DNA of 64,000 nt from Methylocystis sp. (GCA_046349135.1 JAXMCY010000007.1:38426-102425), one strand, 5' to 3'; shown: positions 44,600-55,679, numbered from the stretch's first letter. The notes: generated by a model from the sequence alone, not told the origin. A program made the numbers and translations.

Positions 44600-44705
44600 G
44601 TCATGGCTGGGTTCGTCCCGGCCGTACACGCCGGGATGTTGCGCAGGTGCGGCAAGGCGCGCGCGGCGACGCCACGTGGATGCCCGGCACAAGGCCGGGC
44701 ATGAC
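44600..44705. repeat. Rhizobiales REP-like doublet (GTCATGGC..GGG...CGTGGATGCCCGG..CCGGGCATGAC)
   Basis: Terminal inverted GTCATG / CATGAC with internal hairpins, after the pyrG stop. Confidence 0.7.
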
Positions 44706-44785
44706 GCGGAGAGGATGCGGCAAGGTAAGCAACGAGGGCTGTCTCCACTGGCGCTCACTTCCATTGGCCTCAGCTCATCACCGGC

Positions 44786-45184
44786 TCACCCCACCTGATA
44801 TTCCTCATCGATCGGCACGCCGAGCGCTGTGACGAGGCGGTTCGTCTCCGACGCCATGCCGACGATCGCCAGCAACTCGCGATATTCCTCTTCGCTCATG
44901 CCCTTCGCGCGCGCGTTCGCCGTGTGGGAATGGATGCAATAGGGACAGGCGTGCGCGATCGAGACGGCGATATAGATCATCTCCTTGACCTTCGGCTCCA
45001 AGACGCCCGGCCCCATCACCTCTTTGACGCTCTCCCAGGTGCGCTTCAGCGTCACGGGGTCATGCGCGAGCGCGCGCCAGAAATTATTCACGAAGCCGCT
45101 TTTGCGCGTCGTGCGGATGTCGGCGAAGATTTCCCGCGCCTCGGGCGAGAGTTCTTCATCGCTCAGCAGTCGAACCGTCGCCAT
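44786..45184 (-). CDS. Carboxymuconolactone decarboxylase/AhpD-family protein
   Basis: VNNFWRALAHDP, KEMIYIAVS..ACPYCIHSH. Confidence 0.88.
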   Translation of the reverse strand: MATVRLLSDEELSPEAREIFADIRTTRKSGFVNNFWRALAHDPVTLKRTWESVKEVMGPGVLEPKVKEMIYIAVSIAHACPYCIHSHTANARAKGMSEEEYRELLAIVGMASETNRLVTALGVPIDEEYQVG

Positions 45185-45205
45185 GATGACTCTCGTTGAA
45201 GCGGC

Positions 45206-45343
45206 TCACTTGCCGGGAGCGCTCGGGGCGGCGGGCCAAGTGCGCGGGCCGGGATTGACATGATAATTCACGCCGCAGCTCGAGAGCGCCAGCGCCATCG
45301 CGGCAAGCAGGAAAATCGATCTTAGAGGCGAAGCGAGGCGCAA
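45206..45343 (-). CDS. Putative 45-aa lipoprotein (not in the ORF track)
   Basis: TTG start; MRLASPLRSIFLLAAMALALSSCGVNYHVNPGPRTWPAAPSAPGK with lipobox LSSC. Confidence 0.45.
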   Translation of the reverse strand: MRLASPLRSIFLLAAMALALSSCGVNYHVNPGPRTWPAAPSAPGK

Positions 45344-45632
45344 GAGCCGTCCATCGGCAGGAGTTGCGGCGGACGATGGAGTCCTTTCGCCTTATTAGCG
45401 CAAATCAACGCCGACAGAATAGGGGAGACCATGGAAGCGGCTTTCGCGACAGCGGAGCCGTTCGGCGGTCGTTCGACGCGCGTGGCGCGTGGCCGGAAAG
45501 CGCTAAAATGAAACCCGCGCTCCGGCTCGGCTCCGGAAGCGCGGGTCAGGCCTTCGGCCAGTCAGGAATGAGAGCGCATCGGCCGTCCGTGCGCGCCTTT
45601 TTTAGGCGTCGCGCGGCCTCCCGGCCAAGGGC

Positions 45633-45773
45633 TCAGGAGCCCCAGATCGTCAGCGCGGCGCACAGGGCAAAGGGCAGCCCAGCGAATGCGACCACAGCGG
45701 CCACGCATAAAAACCGCTCTGTCTCGCTTGCCTCTCTCCGAGGCGGATTGTCCTGCCAATGAATGAACGCCAT
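45633..45773 (-). CDS. Putative 46-aa single-TM protein (not in the ORF track)
   Basis: AAGGGG RBS; MAFIHWQDNPPRREASETERFLCVAAVVAFAGLPFALCAALTIWGS. Confidence 0.45.
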   Translation of the reverse strand: MAFIHWQDNPPRREASETERFLCVAAVVAFAGLPFALCAALTIWGS

Positions 45774-45862
45774 CACGGGTCCCCTTAAGGTTCAACTGAC
45801 GCTTAGGGGAAACGCGCGACGCGCCGAATCGTTGCAAAAAAGTTAAGACGACGCGCCGACGG

Positions 45863-47789
45863 TTAACCGCGGGCGGCGGCGAGCGGCATTCGGGGCTGAC
45901 GCTGGCCTGGCGGCGGGGCAGGGGCGGCGCTTTCGCTGAAGAGTTCCGCGAGCTTCTCGGTCATGGCGCCGCCGAGCTCCTCGGCGTCGACGATCGTCAC
46001 CGCGCGGCGGTAGTAGCGGGTGACGTCATGGCCGATGCCGATGGCGATCAGCTCCACTGGCGATTTCGTTTCGATCTCGTGAATGACATGACGCAGATGG
46101 CGTTCGAGGTAATTCCCCGGATTGACCGACAGCGTCGAATCGTCGACCGGCGCGCCGTCGGAGATCATCATCAGGATGCGCCGCTGCTCGGATCGCGCCA
46201 GCAGCCGGCGATGCGCCCAGTCCAGCGCCTCGCCGTCGATATTCTCCTTCAGCAGCCCTTCGCGCATCATCAGGCCGAGGTTGCGGCGGGCGCGCCGCCA
46301 GGGCGCGTCGGCGGCCTTGTAGATGATGTGGCGGATGTCGTTGAGACGGCCGGGATTGAGCTTCTTGCCCTCGGCGATCCAGGCCTCGCGGGACTGGCCG
46401 CCCTTCCAGGCGCGGGTGGTGAAGCCCAGGATCTCGACCTTGACGCCGCAGCGCTCCAGCGTCCGCGCCAGTATGTCGGCGCAGGTGGCGGCGACGGTGA
46501 TCGAGGCGCCCGCGCATCGAGCCGGAATTGTCGAGCAGCAGCGTCACCACCGTATCGCGAAAATCCATGTCCTTTCGCGCTTAAAGGAAAGCGGCTGCTG
46601 GGGATCGATGATGACGCGCGGCAGACGCGCCGGATCGAGCATGCCCTCTTCGAGGTCGAATTCCCAGGAGCGGCTCTGCTGCGCCATCAGCCGCCGCTGC
46701 AGCCGGTTCGCGAGGCGCCCCACCACTGATGAGAGATGCTGCAACTGCTTGTCGAGATAGGCCCGCAGCCGGTCAATTCCTCGGCGTCGCAGAGCTCCTC
46801 GGCGCGGATGGTCTCGTCGAAGCGCGCCGTGTAGGCGTGATAATCGGCGCCAGCGCGCTCGGCGGCGTTGGTTGCGGGCCGGCGCGACTCGGCGGCCTCC
46901 TCGGCATCGCCGGCGTCGGCCTCGCGCTCGGTCTCGCCATAGGGCGCCTCCGCGGGTCGCTTTCGCCCTCTTGCTCCGCGTCCTCGGCGGCGAGCGCGGT
47001 ATCCATCTCAGCGGCGCTTTTCGATTCTTGGTCATCCTGATCGTCGTTCTCGCTCTGATCGGGATTTTGCGGCGCTTCCTCGCTCTCGTCTTCGGACTTG
47101 GTCTCGTCGGGCGCTTCGCCGCTCGCCATGTCGAGATGGGAGAGCAGGTCGCGCACGATCTGGGCGAAGAGCCTCTGGTCTTCGACCGCGCCGGACAAAC
47201 GGTCGAGATCGGCGCCGGCGCGCTCTTCGATGGTGTCGCGCCACAGATCGACGATTTTCTGGCTGTGCGGCGGCGGCGTCGGTCCGGTGAGGCGCTGACG
47301 GGCGAGAAGCGCCAGCGCGTCTTCGAGCGGCGCGTCCTCGCGGCTCGAAATGTCGCCGGCGTGGCTGCGCTGATAGCGGTCGTCAAGCATCGCGCCGATA
47401 TTGGCGGCGACGCCCGGCATCCGCATCGCGCCGATCGACCGCAACGCGCCTGCTCCATGGCGTCGAAGGCGGCGCGGGCGTCCGGCGGCTCGGGCGCATA
47501 GCGGCGATGCAGCGCGTCGTCGTGGCAGGCGAGACGCAGCGCAAGCAGATCCGCCTGTCCGCGCAGGACCGCGGCGTCCTTGAGGCTCAGCTTGCGCGGC
47601 GGCTCGGTCAGTCGCGCCTTGGCGCCCTCATGTGCCGGCGATGAGCGAGGGCCGTTCGGGAGCGAAAATCACGTCGAGCGCGGGGGCGCGCGCCATGGCG
47701 CGCATCGCGCCGGCGACCGCGCGCTTGAACGGCTCCTGCGGCGCCTCCTTGGGCGAGGCGGGACGGCGGTTTGTCGGCGCTGGCGGCAT
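45863..47789 (-). CDS. cobT: Cobaltochelatase subunit CobT (multiple frameshifts)
   Basis: EPFKRAV start, [59 protein letters not shown] (vWA). Confidence 0.92.
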
Positions 47790-47859
47790 GGATTCTATAT
47801 AGACCAGTTCATGCGCGCGCCGGAAGGAAAAGCCTCACGCGACGTCCTGAGCCGACGCT

Positions 47860-48108
47860 TTACCAGTATCGCCAGGGGCGGCCGTACCAGCCCATTCCGG
47901 GCCCATAAGGATAGTTGAGACTGGCGCGGCGGTCGGCGTCGCGATTGAGGTCGACGTCGAGCAGGCATTTCGAGAAGGCGTCCGTGCCCTTGCGAAAGCC
48001 ATAGCCGCGGCAGCGGCCTTCGTCCGCGGCGCGCTGCTCGGCGGTCGAGGCGCAGGCGCCCATGGAGAGCGCTAACATGCCTATGGCGAAGAATCTTCCG
48101 ATCCGCAT
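47860..48108 (-). CDS. Small lipoprotein
   Basis: Lipobox-like MGAC; D..RCRGYGFRKGTDAFSKCL motif. Confidence 0.75.
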   Translation of the reverse strand: MRIGRFFAIGMLALSMGACASTAEQRAADEGRCRGYGFRKGTDAFSKCLLDVDLNRDADRRASLNYPYGPGMGWYGRPWRYW

Positions 48109-48283
48109 GTCGCGATCCTCTACCCGGTCCGAGGCGATTATTTGGCGGTCGATGGCATTTTCCGCCTGGCTGCCCCGCAAACGCGTCCGAGCCAGAGTGA
48201 TCAAATTCACTTAAAATTGCGCAAAGACCGGAGGGCGCAGCTGACGCGCGGTTTCAGTCCGAAAGCAAGGATTGCGCGATTCC

Positions 48284-48511
48284 TTACAACTTGCGTTCGG
48301 CCTTGCTGAAGTTCGACAGATCGCCCTCCGCCGCGGCGCGCCGGCGCCAGGATTTCGCCATGGCGGGATATTTGATTTCCTTGGAGATGCGGGAAATCTG
48401 CTGCTGCAGCTTGTCGCTTCCGCAGGTCGGACAGGCTGGAACGTCCGAGCCGCGCACCAGCAGCTCGAATTCCGCCGCGCAGGCGTCGCAGACATAGGCG
48501 TAAAGCGGCAT
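48284..48511 (-). CDS. FmdB-family zinc-ribbon protein
   Basis: MPLYAYVCDAC..EFE...CPTCGS. Confidence 0.85.
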   Translation of the reverse strand: MPLYAYVCDACAAEFELLVRGSDVPACPTCGSDKLQQQISRISKEIKYPAMAKSWRRRAAAEGDLSNFSKAERKL

Positions 48512-48606
48512 GAACCCCTCGCGTCAGTTATTTGCCCAGGACGCGAGCAATTTTTGTTCCTCTGGGCAAATTCGAATGACGAGGGGCCATTCGAACGCCG
48601 CAGCGC

Positions 48607-49605
48607 CTAAGTCATCACCACATTGACCGCGCTTTCCGGGAGCTCCTTGCCGAAGCAGCGCTGGTAGAATTCGGCGACCAGCGGGCGCTCCAGCTCGTCG
48701 CATTTGTTCAAAAAGGTCATGCGGAAGGCGAAGCCGATGTCGCCGAAAATCTCGGCGTTTTCGGCCCAGGTGATCACCGTGCGCGGGCTCATCACTGTCG
48801 AGAGGTCGCCCGCCATGAAGGCATTGCGGGTCAGATCCGCGACCCGCACCATCTTGTTGGCGATGTCGCGGCCGTCCTTGGTGGCGCCATAGGATTTGAC
48901 CTTGGCGAGAACGATATTGGTCTCGGCGTCATGCGGCAGATAATTCAGCGTCGCGACGATCGACCAGCGATCCATCTGGGCCTGATTGATCTGCTGCGTG
49001 CCGTGATAGAGGCCCGAGGTGTCGCCGAGCCCGACCGTGTTGGCGGTGGCGAACAGTCGGAAGGCCGGATGCGGCCGGATCACCCGGTTCTGATCGAGCA
49101 GCGTCAGCCGGCCGGAGACTTCGAGCACGCGCTGGATGACGAACATCACGTCGGGGCGCCCTGCGTCATATTCGTCGAAACACAGCGCCACGCAATGCTG
49201 GACAGCCCAGGGCAGAATGCCGTCGCGAAATTCGGTGACCTGTTTGCCGTCCTTGAGGACGATGGCGTCCTTGCCGACAAGGTCGATGCGCGAAATGTGG
49301 CTGTCGAGATTGACCCGCACGAAGGGCCAGTTGAGCCGCGCCGCCACCTGCTCGATATGGGTCGACTTTCCGGTGCCGTGATAGCCGGTCACCATCACCC
49401 GCCGATTCTTGGCGAAGCCGGCGAGAATCGCGAGCGTCGTCTGGCGGTCGAAGAGATAGTCGGGATCGAGATCGGGCACGTGCTCGTTGCGCTCGGAGAA
49501 GGCCGGAACCTCCATGTCGGAGTCGATCCCGAACACCTGGCGGACGGAAATCTTCATGTCCGGCGTGTTGTCGAGGCCGGTTGCCGGGTGTTCTAAAGCG
49601 ACCAA
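48607..49605 (-). CDS. cobS: Cobaltochelatase subunit CobS (AAA+)
   Basis: [40 protein letters not shown]. Confidence 0.95.
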   Translation of the reverse strand: MVALEHPATGLDNTPDMKISVRQVFGIDSDMEVPAFSERNEHVPDLDPDYLFDRQTTLAILAGFAKNRRVMVTGYHGTGKSTHIEQVAARLNWPFVRVNLDSHISRIDLVGKDAIVLKDGKQVTEFRDGILPWAVQHCVALCFDEYDAGRPDVMFVIQRVLEVSGRLTLLDQNRVIRPHPAFRLFATANTVGLGDTSGLYHGTQQINQAQMDRWSIVATLNYLPHDAETNIVLAKVKSYGATKDGRDIANKMVRVADLTRNAFMAGDLSTVMSPRTVITWAENAEIFGDIGFAFRMTFLNKCDELERPLVAEFYQRCFGKELPESAVNVVMT

Positions 49606-49694
49606 GATTTGCGTCCTTTCGTTGCGCCGACCGAGCTATCCGCGCCGCGCCGGGTCAAATTTCGCCCGGCGGAAAATTCTGTCCGGCGCGGTCC

Positions 49695-50291
49695 TCAGAC
49701 CAGCCGCGCGGCCCTCAGCGTCTTATAGGCATGGATAATTTCCCGCAATTTTTCCTCGCGGGAGCGGTCGCCGCCATTGGCGTCGGGGTGATGGCGCTTG
49801 ACGAGCTCCTTATAGCGGGCGCGGATCGTCTCGCGGTCAGCGGTTTCCTCAAGCCCCATGGCCACGAACGCCCTGATCGTCACCGGCGAATGCTGCGGGC
49901 TCCGGCGCGGTGCTGCGGGCTGGGGGCGGCGGAAGCGCTGGCGGTAGACGCCGAGCGGATCGACCGCCGCCATCTGGTCCTCGCGAAATCCGGCCTGTCC
50001 GCGACGCGTCCCCATCGACCAGGTGGGGCGGTGGCCGACGGTCGCATCCTTCATGTAGCGGGCGACGGAAGCGTCGTCCATGCCGTTGAAATAATTGTAG
50101 GTTGCGTTGTATTCCCGGACATGTTCGAGGCAGAAGCAGAGATATTGCCCCTCGCGCAGCCGCCCCATCGGCGCGCGATAGCGCCTCCGCCTCGCAGCCG
50201 GGCGAATCGCAGCGAATCGTCTTCTCGCGCGGGGGTTCACGCGACTCGCGCTGCGTTCGGATGCGATCGAAGAGGGCGAATTCAGGTTCAT
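49695..50291 (-). CDS. J-domain protein with N-terminal Cys motif (compensating frameshifts)
   Basis: MNLNSP, RCDSPGC in a shifted frame, FCLEHVREYN, LVKRHHPDANGGD; usual neighbour of cobS and bolA. Confidence 0.85.
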   Translation of the reverse strand: MNLNSPSSIASERSASRVNPRARRRFAAIRPAARRRRYRAPMGRLREGQYLCFCLEHVREYNATYNYFNGMDDASVARYMKDATVGHRPTWSMGTRRGQAGFREDQMAAVDPLGVYRQRFRRPQPAAPRRSPQHSPVTIRAFVAMGLEETADRETIRARYKELVKRHHPDANGGDRSREEKLREIIHAYKTLRAARLV

Positions 50292-50376
50292 TTCGTTCCA
50301 TTATGATGGCGCCGCAGCAAGCCGCAAGCGCAACCGGCGCCCGATGTGCTAATTCGGCGCCGACCGGAGAGGAAAA

Positions 50377-50673
50377 ATGACGGATCAGAGTAAAGGCGTC
50401 GTCAAGGCGCGCATTGCGCAGAAACTTACCGACAGCCTTGCGCCCGAGGCGCTCAATGTTATCGACGACTCTCACCGCCACGCCGGCCATGGGCATCACC
50501 ATCCGGACGGCGAAACCCACTTTACCGTGCAGGTGGTGAGCGCGGTTTTCGAGGGCAAGAGCTTGATCGAACGGCATCGTCTCGTCAATGCGCTGCTCGC
50601 CGAAGAGCTGGCCGATCGGGTTCACGCTCTGGCGATCAGCGCCAAGACGCCGCAGGAGGCCGCGCGCGCATAG
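50377..50673 (+). CDS. bolA: BolA-family protein
   Basis: DDSHRHAGH, ETHF, FEGKSLIERHRLV, VHALAI. Confidence 0.93.
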   Translation: MTDQSKGVVKARIAQKLTDSLAPEALNVIDDSHRHAGHGHHHPDGETHFTVQVVSAVFEGKSLIERHRLVNALLAEELADRVHALAISAKTPQEAARA

Positions 50674-50758
50674 CGCCGTCACATGCGCAGCGCGGCGCGC
50701 GCTGGCGCCGCTGAAGATTGCGTAGACAGCAGAGGATCCCGCAATGGCCGGCGATAAA

Positions 50759-51922
50759 ATGGCGAAACCCGGCGCAATGCCGAACAATCCTTGCTTTTCC
50801 TCCGGTCCCTGCGCCAAACGGCCCGGCTGGGCGCTGGCGAATCTCGCCGGAGCGGCGCTCGGCCGCTCGCATCGGTCAAAGGCCGGCAAGGAGAAACTGG
50901 CGCAGGCGATCGCGCTGACGCGGGAGATTCTGCGCGTTCCCGCCGATTATCGCATCGGAATCGTGCCCGCGTCCGACACCGGCGCCGTCGAGATGGCGCT
51001 CTGGTCGATTCTCGGCCCGCGCGGCGTTGACGTCGTCGCCTGGGAGAGCTTCTCGAAGGACTGGGTCAACGACGTCCTCAACCAGCTGAAGATCGAGAAG
51101 GCGCGAAGCCTCGTCGCGCCCTATGGAGAGCTGCCCGATCTTTCTCAGATCAATTTCGACAATGACGTCGTCTTCGCCTGGAATGGCACGACCTCTGGCG
51201 TGCGGGTTGCGAACGCCGACTTCATTCCCTCGGATCGCAAAGGCCTGACGATCTGCGACGCGACTTCGGCGGCCTTCGCGCAGCCCTTGGATTTCGCCAA
51301 GCTCGATGTGACGACGTACAGCTGGCAGAAGGTTCTTGGCGGCGAGGCCGCGCACGGCATGCTCATTCTCTCGCCTCGCGCCGTCGAGCGGCTCGAGAGC
51401 TACGCGCCGCCATGGCCGATGCCGAAGATTTTCAGATTGAGCGCAAAGAGCAGGCTTTTCGAAGGGATTTTTCAAGGCGAGACAATCAACACGCCATCGC
51501 TGCTCGCCGTCGAAGATTATCTTGACGCGCTGTCCTGGGCGAAGTCGATCGGCGGGCTCGACGCACTGTTTGCGCGCTGCAACGCCAATGCGGGCGCCGT
51601 GGCGGCGTGGGTCGCAAGGACGCCTTGGATCGATTTCCTCGCCAAGGATGCGGCGACGCGGTCCAACACCAGCGTCTGCCTTGTCTTCTCCAGCGACAGC
51701 GCCGCGACAGGCGCCGACGCGCAGGCGGCGCTTACCAAGAAGATGGTCGCGATGATCGAGAAGGAAGGCGCGGGCCATGATTTCGGCGCCTATCGCGACG
51801 CGCCCCCCGGCTTCCGCATCTGGTGCGGCGCGACGGTGGAGGCGTCCGACGTGGCGCTGCTGACGCAGTGGCTCGATTGGGCTTATGCCAAGGCTTGCGC
51901 CGAGGCTGCGCACGCGGCGTGA
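50759..51922 (+). CDS. serC: Phosphoserine aminotransferase
   Basis: [44 protein letters not shown]. Confidence 0.94.
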   Translation: MAKPGAMPNNPCFSSGPCAKRPGWALANLAGAALGRSHRSKAGKEKLAQAIALTREILRVPADYRIGIVPASDTGAVEMALWSILGPRGVDVVAWESFSKDWVNDVLNQLKIEKARSLVAPYGELPDLSQINFDNDVVFAWNGTTSGVRVANADFIPSDRKGLTICDATSAAFAQPLDFAKLDVTTYSWQKVLGGEAAHGMLILSPRAVERLESYAPPWPMPKIFRLSAKSRLFEGIFQGETINTPSLLAVEDYLDALSWAKSIGGLDALFARCNANAGAVAAWVARTPWIDFLAKDAATRSNTSVCLVFSSDSAATGADAQAALTKKMVAMIEKEGAGHDFGAYRDAPPGFRIWCGATVEASDVALLTQWLDWAYAKACAEAAHAA

Positions 51923-51944
51923 CGAGCAGTCGCAAGCAGCCGCC

Positions 51945-52354
51945 TCATCGATCGTTCCAGTCCGTCACCATCAGGCCCGGCACGCGATCGAACTCGCGGC
52001 GGTTGGCGGTGACGAGAACGGCGCCGCGCCGGCGCGCTTGTGCGGCGATCAAAACGTCATAGGGGCCGATCGGTTTTCCATGACCTTCGAGATAAGCGCG
52101 AATGTCGCCTGCGGCACGCGCGTCATCAGCGTCGACAGCCGCGATTTCGGGAACGGCCGAGAGGAAGTCGTCGAGTCGAGCGTGATCCTCTCGGGCGCCA
52201 CGCTTTTCGCTGCGCCATGGCGAAGCTCGGCAAGGACCGGCGCGGGGACGAGCAAGCGCGATCCGCAAAACAGCTCAGCTCTCAGCCGCTCGTCGAGGCG
52301 AGGCGCGCGCCGGGTCATTACGCCTATGATCACATTCGTATCGAGACAAAACAT
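51945..52354 (-). pseudogene. vapC: VapC-family PIN toxin with a frameshift near 52180 (real or assembly error)
   Basis: FCLDTNV..AELRHG in one frame; GKPIGPYDVLIAAQA..LVTANRREF in another. Confidence 0.8.
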
Positions 52355-52362
52355 GCGCTGCC

Positions 52363-52614
52363 TCAATCGAACGTGACTTCGTCATCGGGTTCGAGCGGAG
52401 GTTCGTCCGGGAGCTCCGGAAAGTCCACATCGAGATAGGCGTCGAGCTTTGCACGCCACGCCTCGACGTCGAAGGGCGACTTTTCCAACGGCTCCAAAAT
52501 GATTTTGTCGCCGACCTTGCTGACGCGCACCTCCTTACCCGGCAGACGAAATTCCTTGGGAAGCCGAACGGCTTGGCTGCGGCCATGCATGAATATTTTC
52601 GCGGTGGCGGCCAT
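52363..52614 (-). CDS. vapB: AbrB/VapB (VagC)-family antitoxin
   Basis: AKIFMHGRSQAVRLPKEFR; AAAGGAGG RBS. Confidence 0.9.
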   Translation of the reverse strand: MAATAKIFMHGRSQAVRLPKEFRLPGKEVRVSKVGDKIILEPLEKSPFDVEAWRAKLDAYLDVDFPELPDEPPLEPDDEVTFD

Positions 52615-52623
52615 GGCGCCTCC

Positions 52624-52652
52624 TTTGGTATCTATCAATGATAGATACCAAA
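52624..52652. promoter_or_regulatory. Perfect 14-bp inverted repeat, probable VapBC operator
   Basis: TTTGGTATCTATCA-A-TGATAGATACCAAA immediately upstream of vapB. Confidence 0.7.
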
Positions 52653-52791
52653 ATCTAGGGCAGCATCCAACAGCTATATTTGAGGACGATCCCGCAGAAA
52701 CGTTGCGTCGCCTAAAATCTCGATTGCGCAGATCGCTTTGCGGCCTTCCATTGGGAGAACAGGCCGTCGCTCCTTTTTGCAGGATGAACAA

Positions 52792-54378
52792 ATGCCGCCC
52801 CGCGTTCTCATCTCCGATTCTCTCTCGCCCGCCGCCGCGCAGATTTTTCGGCTGCGCGGCCTCGACGTCGATTTCGAGCCGACGCTCGGCAAAGATAAAG
52901 ACAAGCTAGCCGCCGCGATCGGCGACTATGATGGACTCGCTATCCGCTCGGCGACGAAAGTGACCGCGGACATTTTTGAACGCGCCCAGCGCCTCAAGGT
53001 GGTCGGCCGCGCCGGCATTGGCGTCGACAATGTCGACGTCGCCGCCGCCACGGCGCGCGGCGTCATCGTGATGAACACGCCTTTCGGCAATTCGATCACC
53101 ACGGCCGAACACGCCATCGCGCTAATGTTTGCATTGGCGCGCGAGATCCCGGCCGCCGACGCCTCGACCCAGGCCGGCAAATGGGAAAAGAACCGCTTCA
53201 TGGGCGTCGAAATCACCGGCAAGACGCTTGGCGTCATCGGTTGCGGCAATGTCGGCGCGAATGTCGCCGAACGCGCGCTCGGCCTCAAGATGCGCGTGAT
53301 CGCCTTCGACCCCTATCTCACCGAAGAGCGCGCCAATGAGCTTGGCGTCGAAAAGGTCGACCTCGACGAGCTGCTGGCCCGCGCGGATGTCATCACGCTG
53401 CACACGCCGCTGACGACGCAGACCAAGAACATTCTCTCGGCTGAAAACATCGCCAAGACCTGCAAGGGCGTGCGCATCGTCAATTGCGCGCGCGGCGGGC
53501 TTGTCGACGAAGAGGCGCTGCGCAAGGCGCTCGATGAGGGACATGTCGCCGGCGCCGCCTTCGACGTCTTCGCGCAGGAGCCGGCGACTGAAAATCCGCT
53601 GTTCGGCCATCCGCACGTCGTCTGCACGCCGCATCTCGGCGCTTCGACGGCCGAGGCGCAGGAAAAGGTTGCGTTGCAGATCGCCGAGCAGATGGCGGAC
53701 TATCTGACGCGCGGCGCAATCGCCAACGCCGTGAACTTCCCCTCGATTAGCCCTGAAGAGGCGCCGCGGCTCAAACCTTTCGTCGAGCTTGCCGAAAAGC
53801 TTGGTCTCTTCGTGGGACAGATCGCTCGCGCCGGCGTCGACAAATTGTCGATCGTCTATGAAGGCGTCGTCGCCTATCAAAAAACGCGCGCGATTACGTC
53901 CGCGGCATTGTCGGGATTGCTGCGGCCGATTCTCGAAGACGTCAATCCGGTGTCGGCGCCGATCCTCGCCAAGGAACGTGGCTTGGCGATTGAGGAAATC
54001 ACCCGCGAGGCGCAAGGCGACTATGAGTCTCTCGTCACGCTCAGCGCGCATACCTCGCGTGGCGAAATTTGCGTTTCCGGCACTGTCTTTCATGACGGCA
54101 AGCCACGCATCATCCGCATCGGCGAGATTGACGTCGACGCCGAATTCTCGGCGTCGATGATCTATCTGACAAATGAGGACCGGCCGGGCTTCATCGGCAG
54201 ATTCGCCAGCGCGCTCGGCGACGCCGAGGTCAATATCGCCACATTCGCGCTGGGTCGGGACAGGCCCGGCGGCGGCGCCGTCGCGCTCGTCGCCATCGAC
54301 GGCGAGTTGCCGGCGCAAGCGCTTGCCGCGCTCAAGAATATGCCCGGGGTCAAAGAGGCGACGACGCTGAAGTTCTAA
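52792..54378 (+). CDS. serA: D-3-phosphoglycerate dehydrogenase
   Basis: GRAGIGVDNVD, NTPFGNSITTAEH, NCARGG, TPHLGAST, C-terminal ACT domain. Confidence 0.96.
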   Translation: MPPRVLISDSLSPAAAQIFRLRGLDVDFEPTLGKDKDKLAAAIGDYDGLAIRSATKVTADIFERAQRLKVVGRAGIGVDNVDVAAATARGVIVMNTPFGNSITTAEHAIALMFALAREIPAADASTQAGKWEKNRFMGVEITGKTLGVIGCGNVGANVAERALGLKMRVIAFDPYLTEERANELGVEKVDLDELLARADVITLHTPLTTQTKNILSAENIAKTCKGVRIVNCARGGLVDEEALRKALDEGHVAGAAFDVFAQEPATENPLFGHPHVVCTPHLGASTAEAQEKVALQIAEQMADYLTRGAIANAVNFPSISPEEAPRLKPFVELAEKLGLFVGQIARAGVDKLSIVYEGVVAYQKTRAITSAALSGLLRPILEDVNPVSAPILAKERGLAIEEITREAQGDYESLVTLSAHTSRGEICVSGTVFHDGKPRIIRIGEIDVDAEFSASMIYLTNEDRPGFIGRFASALGDAEVNIATFALGRDRPGGGAVALVAIDGELPAQALAALKNMPGVKEATTLKF

Positions 54379-54552
54379 CCTTATTGTCGCGCTCAACCTA
54401 ACTGTTGCAACTCTGCCACAATCGCTGGAGAAACGCCGGCCGGCGGGACTTCGCCGCTTGCCTGCGAGGACGCGCTGCGAGACTAATTGAAAGGACCGCG
54501 CCGGTTCCAGGAGTTGGCGCGGCGCACGCCCACTCTCGAAAAAGGGATCATC

Positions 54553-55173
54553 ATGCGGCGTCTTACTTTTGCATTTGTTTGCGCGCTCGGCGCGCTTTGC
54601 GGCCTTTCTTGCGAAGCATTGGCGCGCAGTCCCTCGCCGCAGCCGGCGCCGGCGCCTGCGGTCGATCCGTTCTCCGCGCTATTTGGCGGCGGTTTCGCGC
54701 CTCAGACGAGCGACGGCCGACCACAGGCGGTCGCCATTCCGCGCGAGGTCGTCGCCTTTGAGCCGAAATACGGGCCGGGCACGGTGATCATCGCCACCAA
54801 TGAGCGGCGCCTCTACTACACGCTCGGCAATGGCCAGGCCATCCGCTATGGCGTCGGCGTCGGCCGCCCGGGATTCGAATGGGCCGGCACGCGCTACATT
54901 TCGCATAAGCGCGAGTGGCCGGACTGGACGCCCCCGGTGCAGATGCTGCACCGTCGTCCCGACTTGCCGCGGCACATGGTGGGCGGACTCAACAACCCGC
55001 TTGGCGCGCGCGCCATGTATCTCTCCGGCACGCTCTATCGCATCCATGGCTCCAACGAGCCCTGGACGATCGGCCAGGCCGTGTCGTCCGGCTGCATCCG
55101 CATGACCAATGACGACGTCGTCGACCTGTACAATCGGGTGAAGGTCGGCACGCGCGTCGTTGTGACGCGGTAG
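54553..55173 (+). CDS. L,D-transpeptidase (YkuD family)
   Basis: Signal peptide, WPDWTPP, NPLGARAMYL, YRIHGSN, SSGCIRM. Confidence 0.93.
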   Translation: MRRLTFAFVCALGALCGLSCEALARSPSPQPAPAPAVDPFSALFGGGFAPQTSDGRPQAVAIPREVVAFEPKYGPGTVIIATNERRLYYTLGNGQAIRYGVGVGRPGFEWAGTRYISHKREWPDWTPPVQMLHRRPDLPRHMVGGLNNPLGARAMYLSGTLYRIHGSNEPWTIGQAVSSGCIRMTNDDVVDLYNRVKVGTRVVVTR

Positions 55174-55191
55174 GCCTCGTCAGCAGTTTGC

Positions 55192-55226
55192 AAGCGGCCG
55201 GCGCTAGCGTCGGCCGCTTTTGTTTT
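55192..55226 (+). terminator. Intrinsic terminator
   Basis: AAGCGGCCG-GCGCTAGCGT-CGGCCGCTTTTGTTTT. Confidence 0.7.
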
Positions 55227-55228
55227 AA

Positions 55229-55603
55229 CTATTTTTCTCCAGGCCGATCGCGATCGAGCCCCTTCGCCGCAAGTTCTTTGAGATAGGCGTCAAATAGTTG
55301 CGTCGCCGTCTCGCCGAGTTCGCGCAGATATCGCCAAGTGTAGATCCCGGTGCGATGCATGTCGTCAAAATCGAGCCGAACGGCGTAATTGCCGACCGGC
55401 GCGACGGCGATGATCGCGACATTGCGCTTGCCGCCGACCGTCTTGCGCTCTTGCGCCGAATGGCCCTGAACCTCCGCGCTCGGGCTTCGCGTGCGCAACA
55501 GTTCGGCGCTGAGCGCGAATTGCGCGCCGTCGTCGAAAGCGACGTTCAGCAGGCGTCCGGCCTCGGAGAGGCGCAATTCAGTCGGCCAGGGCTCATGCCC
55601 CAT
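55229..55603 (-). CDS. DUF971-family protein
   Basis: AELLR..SPSAEVQGH, VGNYAVRL.FDDMH.TGIYTW. Confidence 0.9.
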   Translation of the reverse strand: MGHEPWPTELRLSEAGRLLNVAFDDGAQFALSAELLRTRSPSAEVQGHSAQERKTVGGKRNVAIIAVAPVGNYAVRLDFDDMHRTGIYTWRYLRELGETATQLFDAYLKELAAKGLDRDRPGEK

Positions 55604-55679
55604 GATGCGTCTCCAACGCTTCGCGCAAGCGGTTGACGAATATCTTTACCGCTTCGGGCGTGGTCCGCCAACACGATGC

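Noticed and set aside
45780-45870. Cluster of TTAA motifs as a CtrA box
   Set aside because: Spacing does not match TTAA-N7-TTAA
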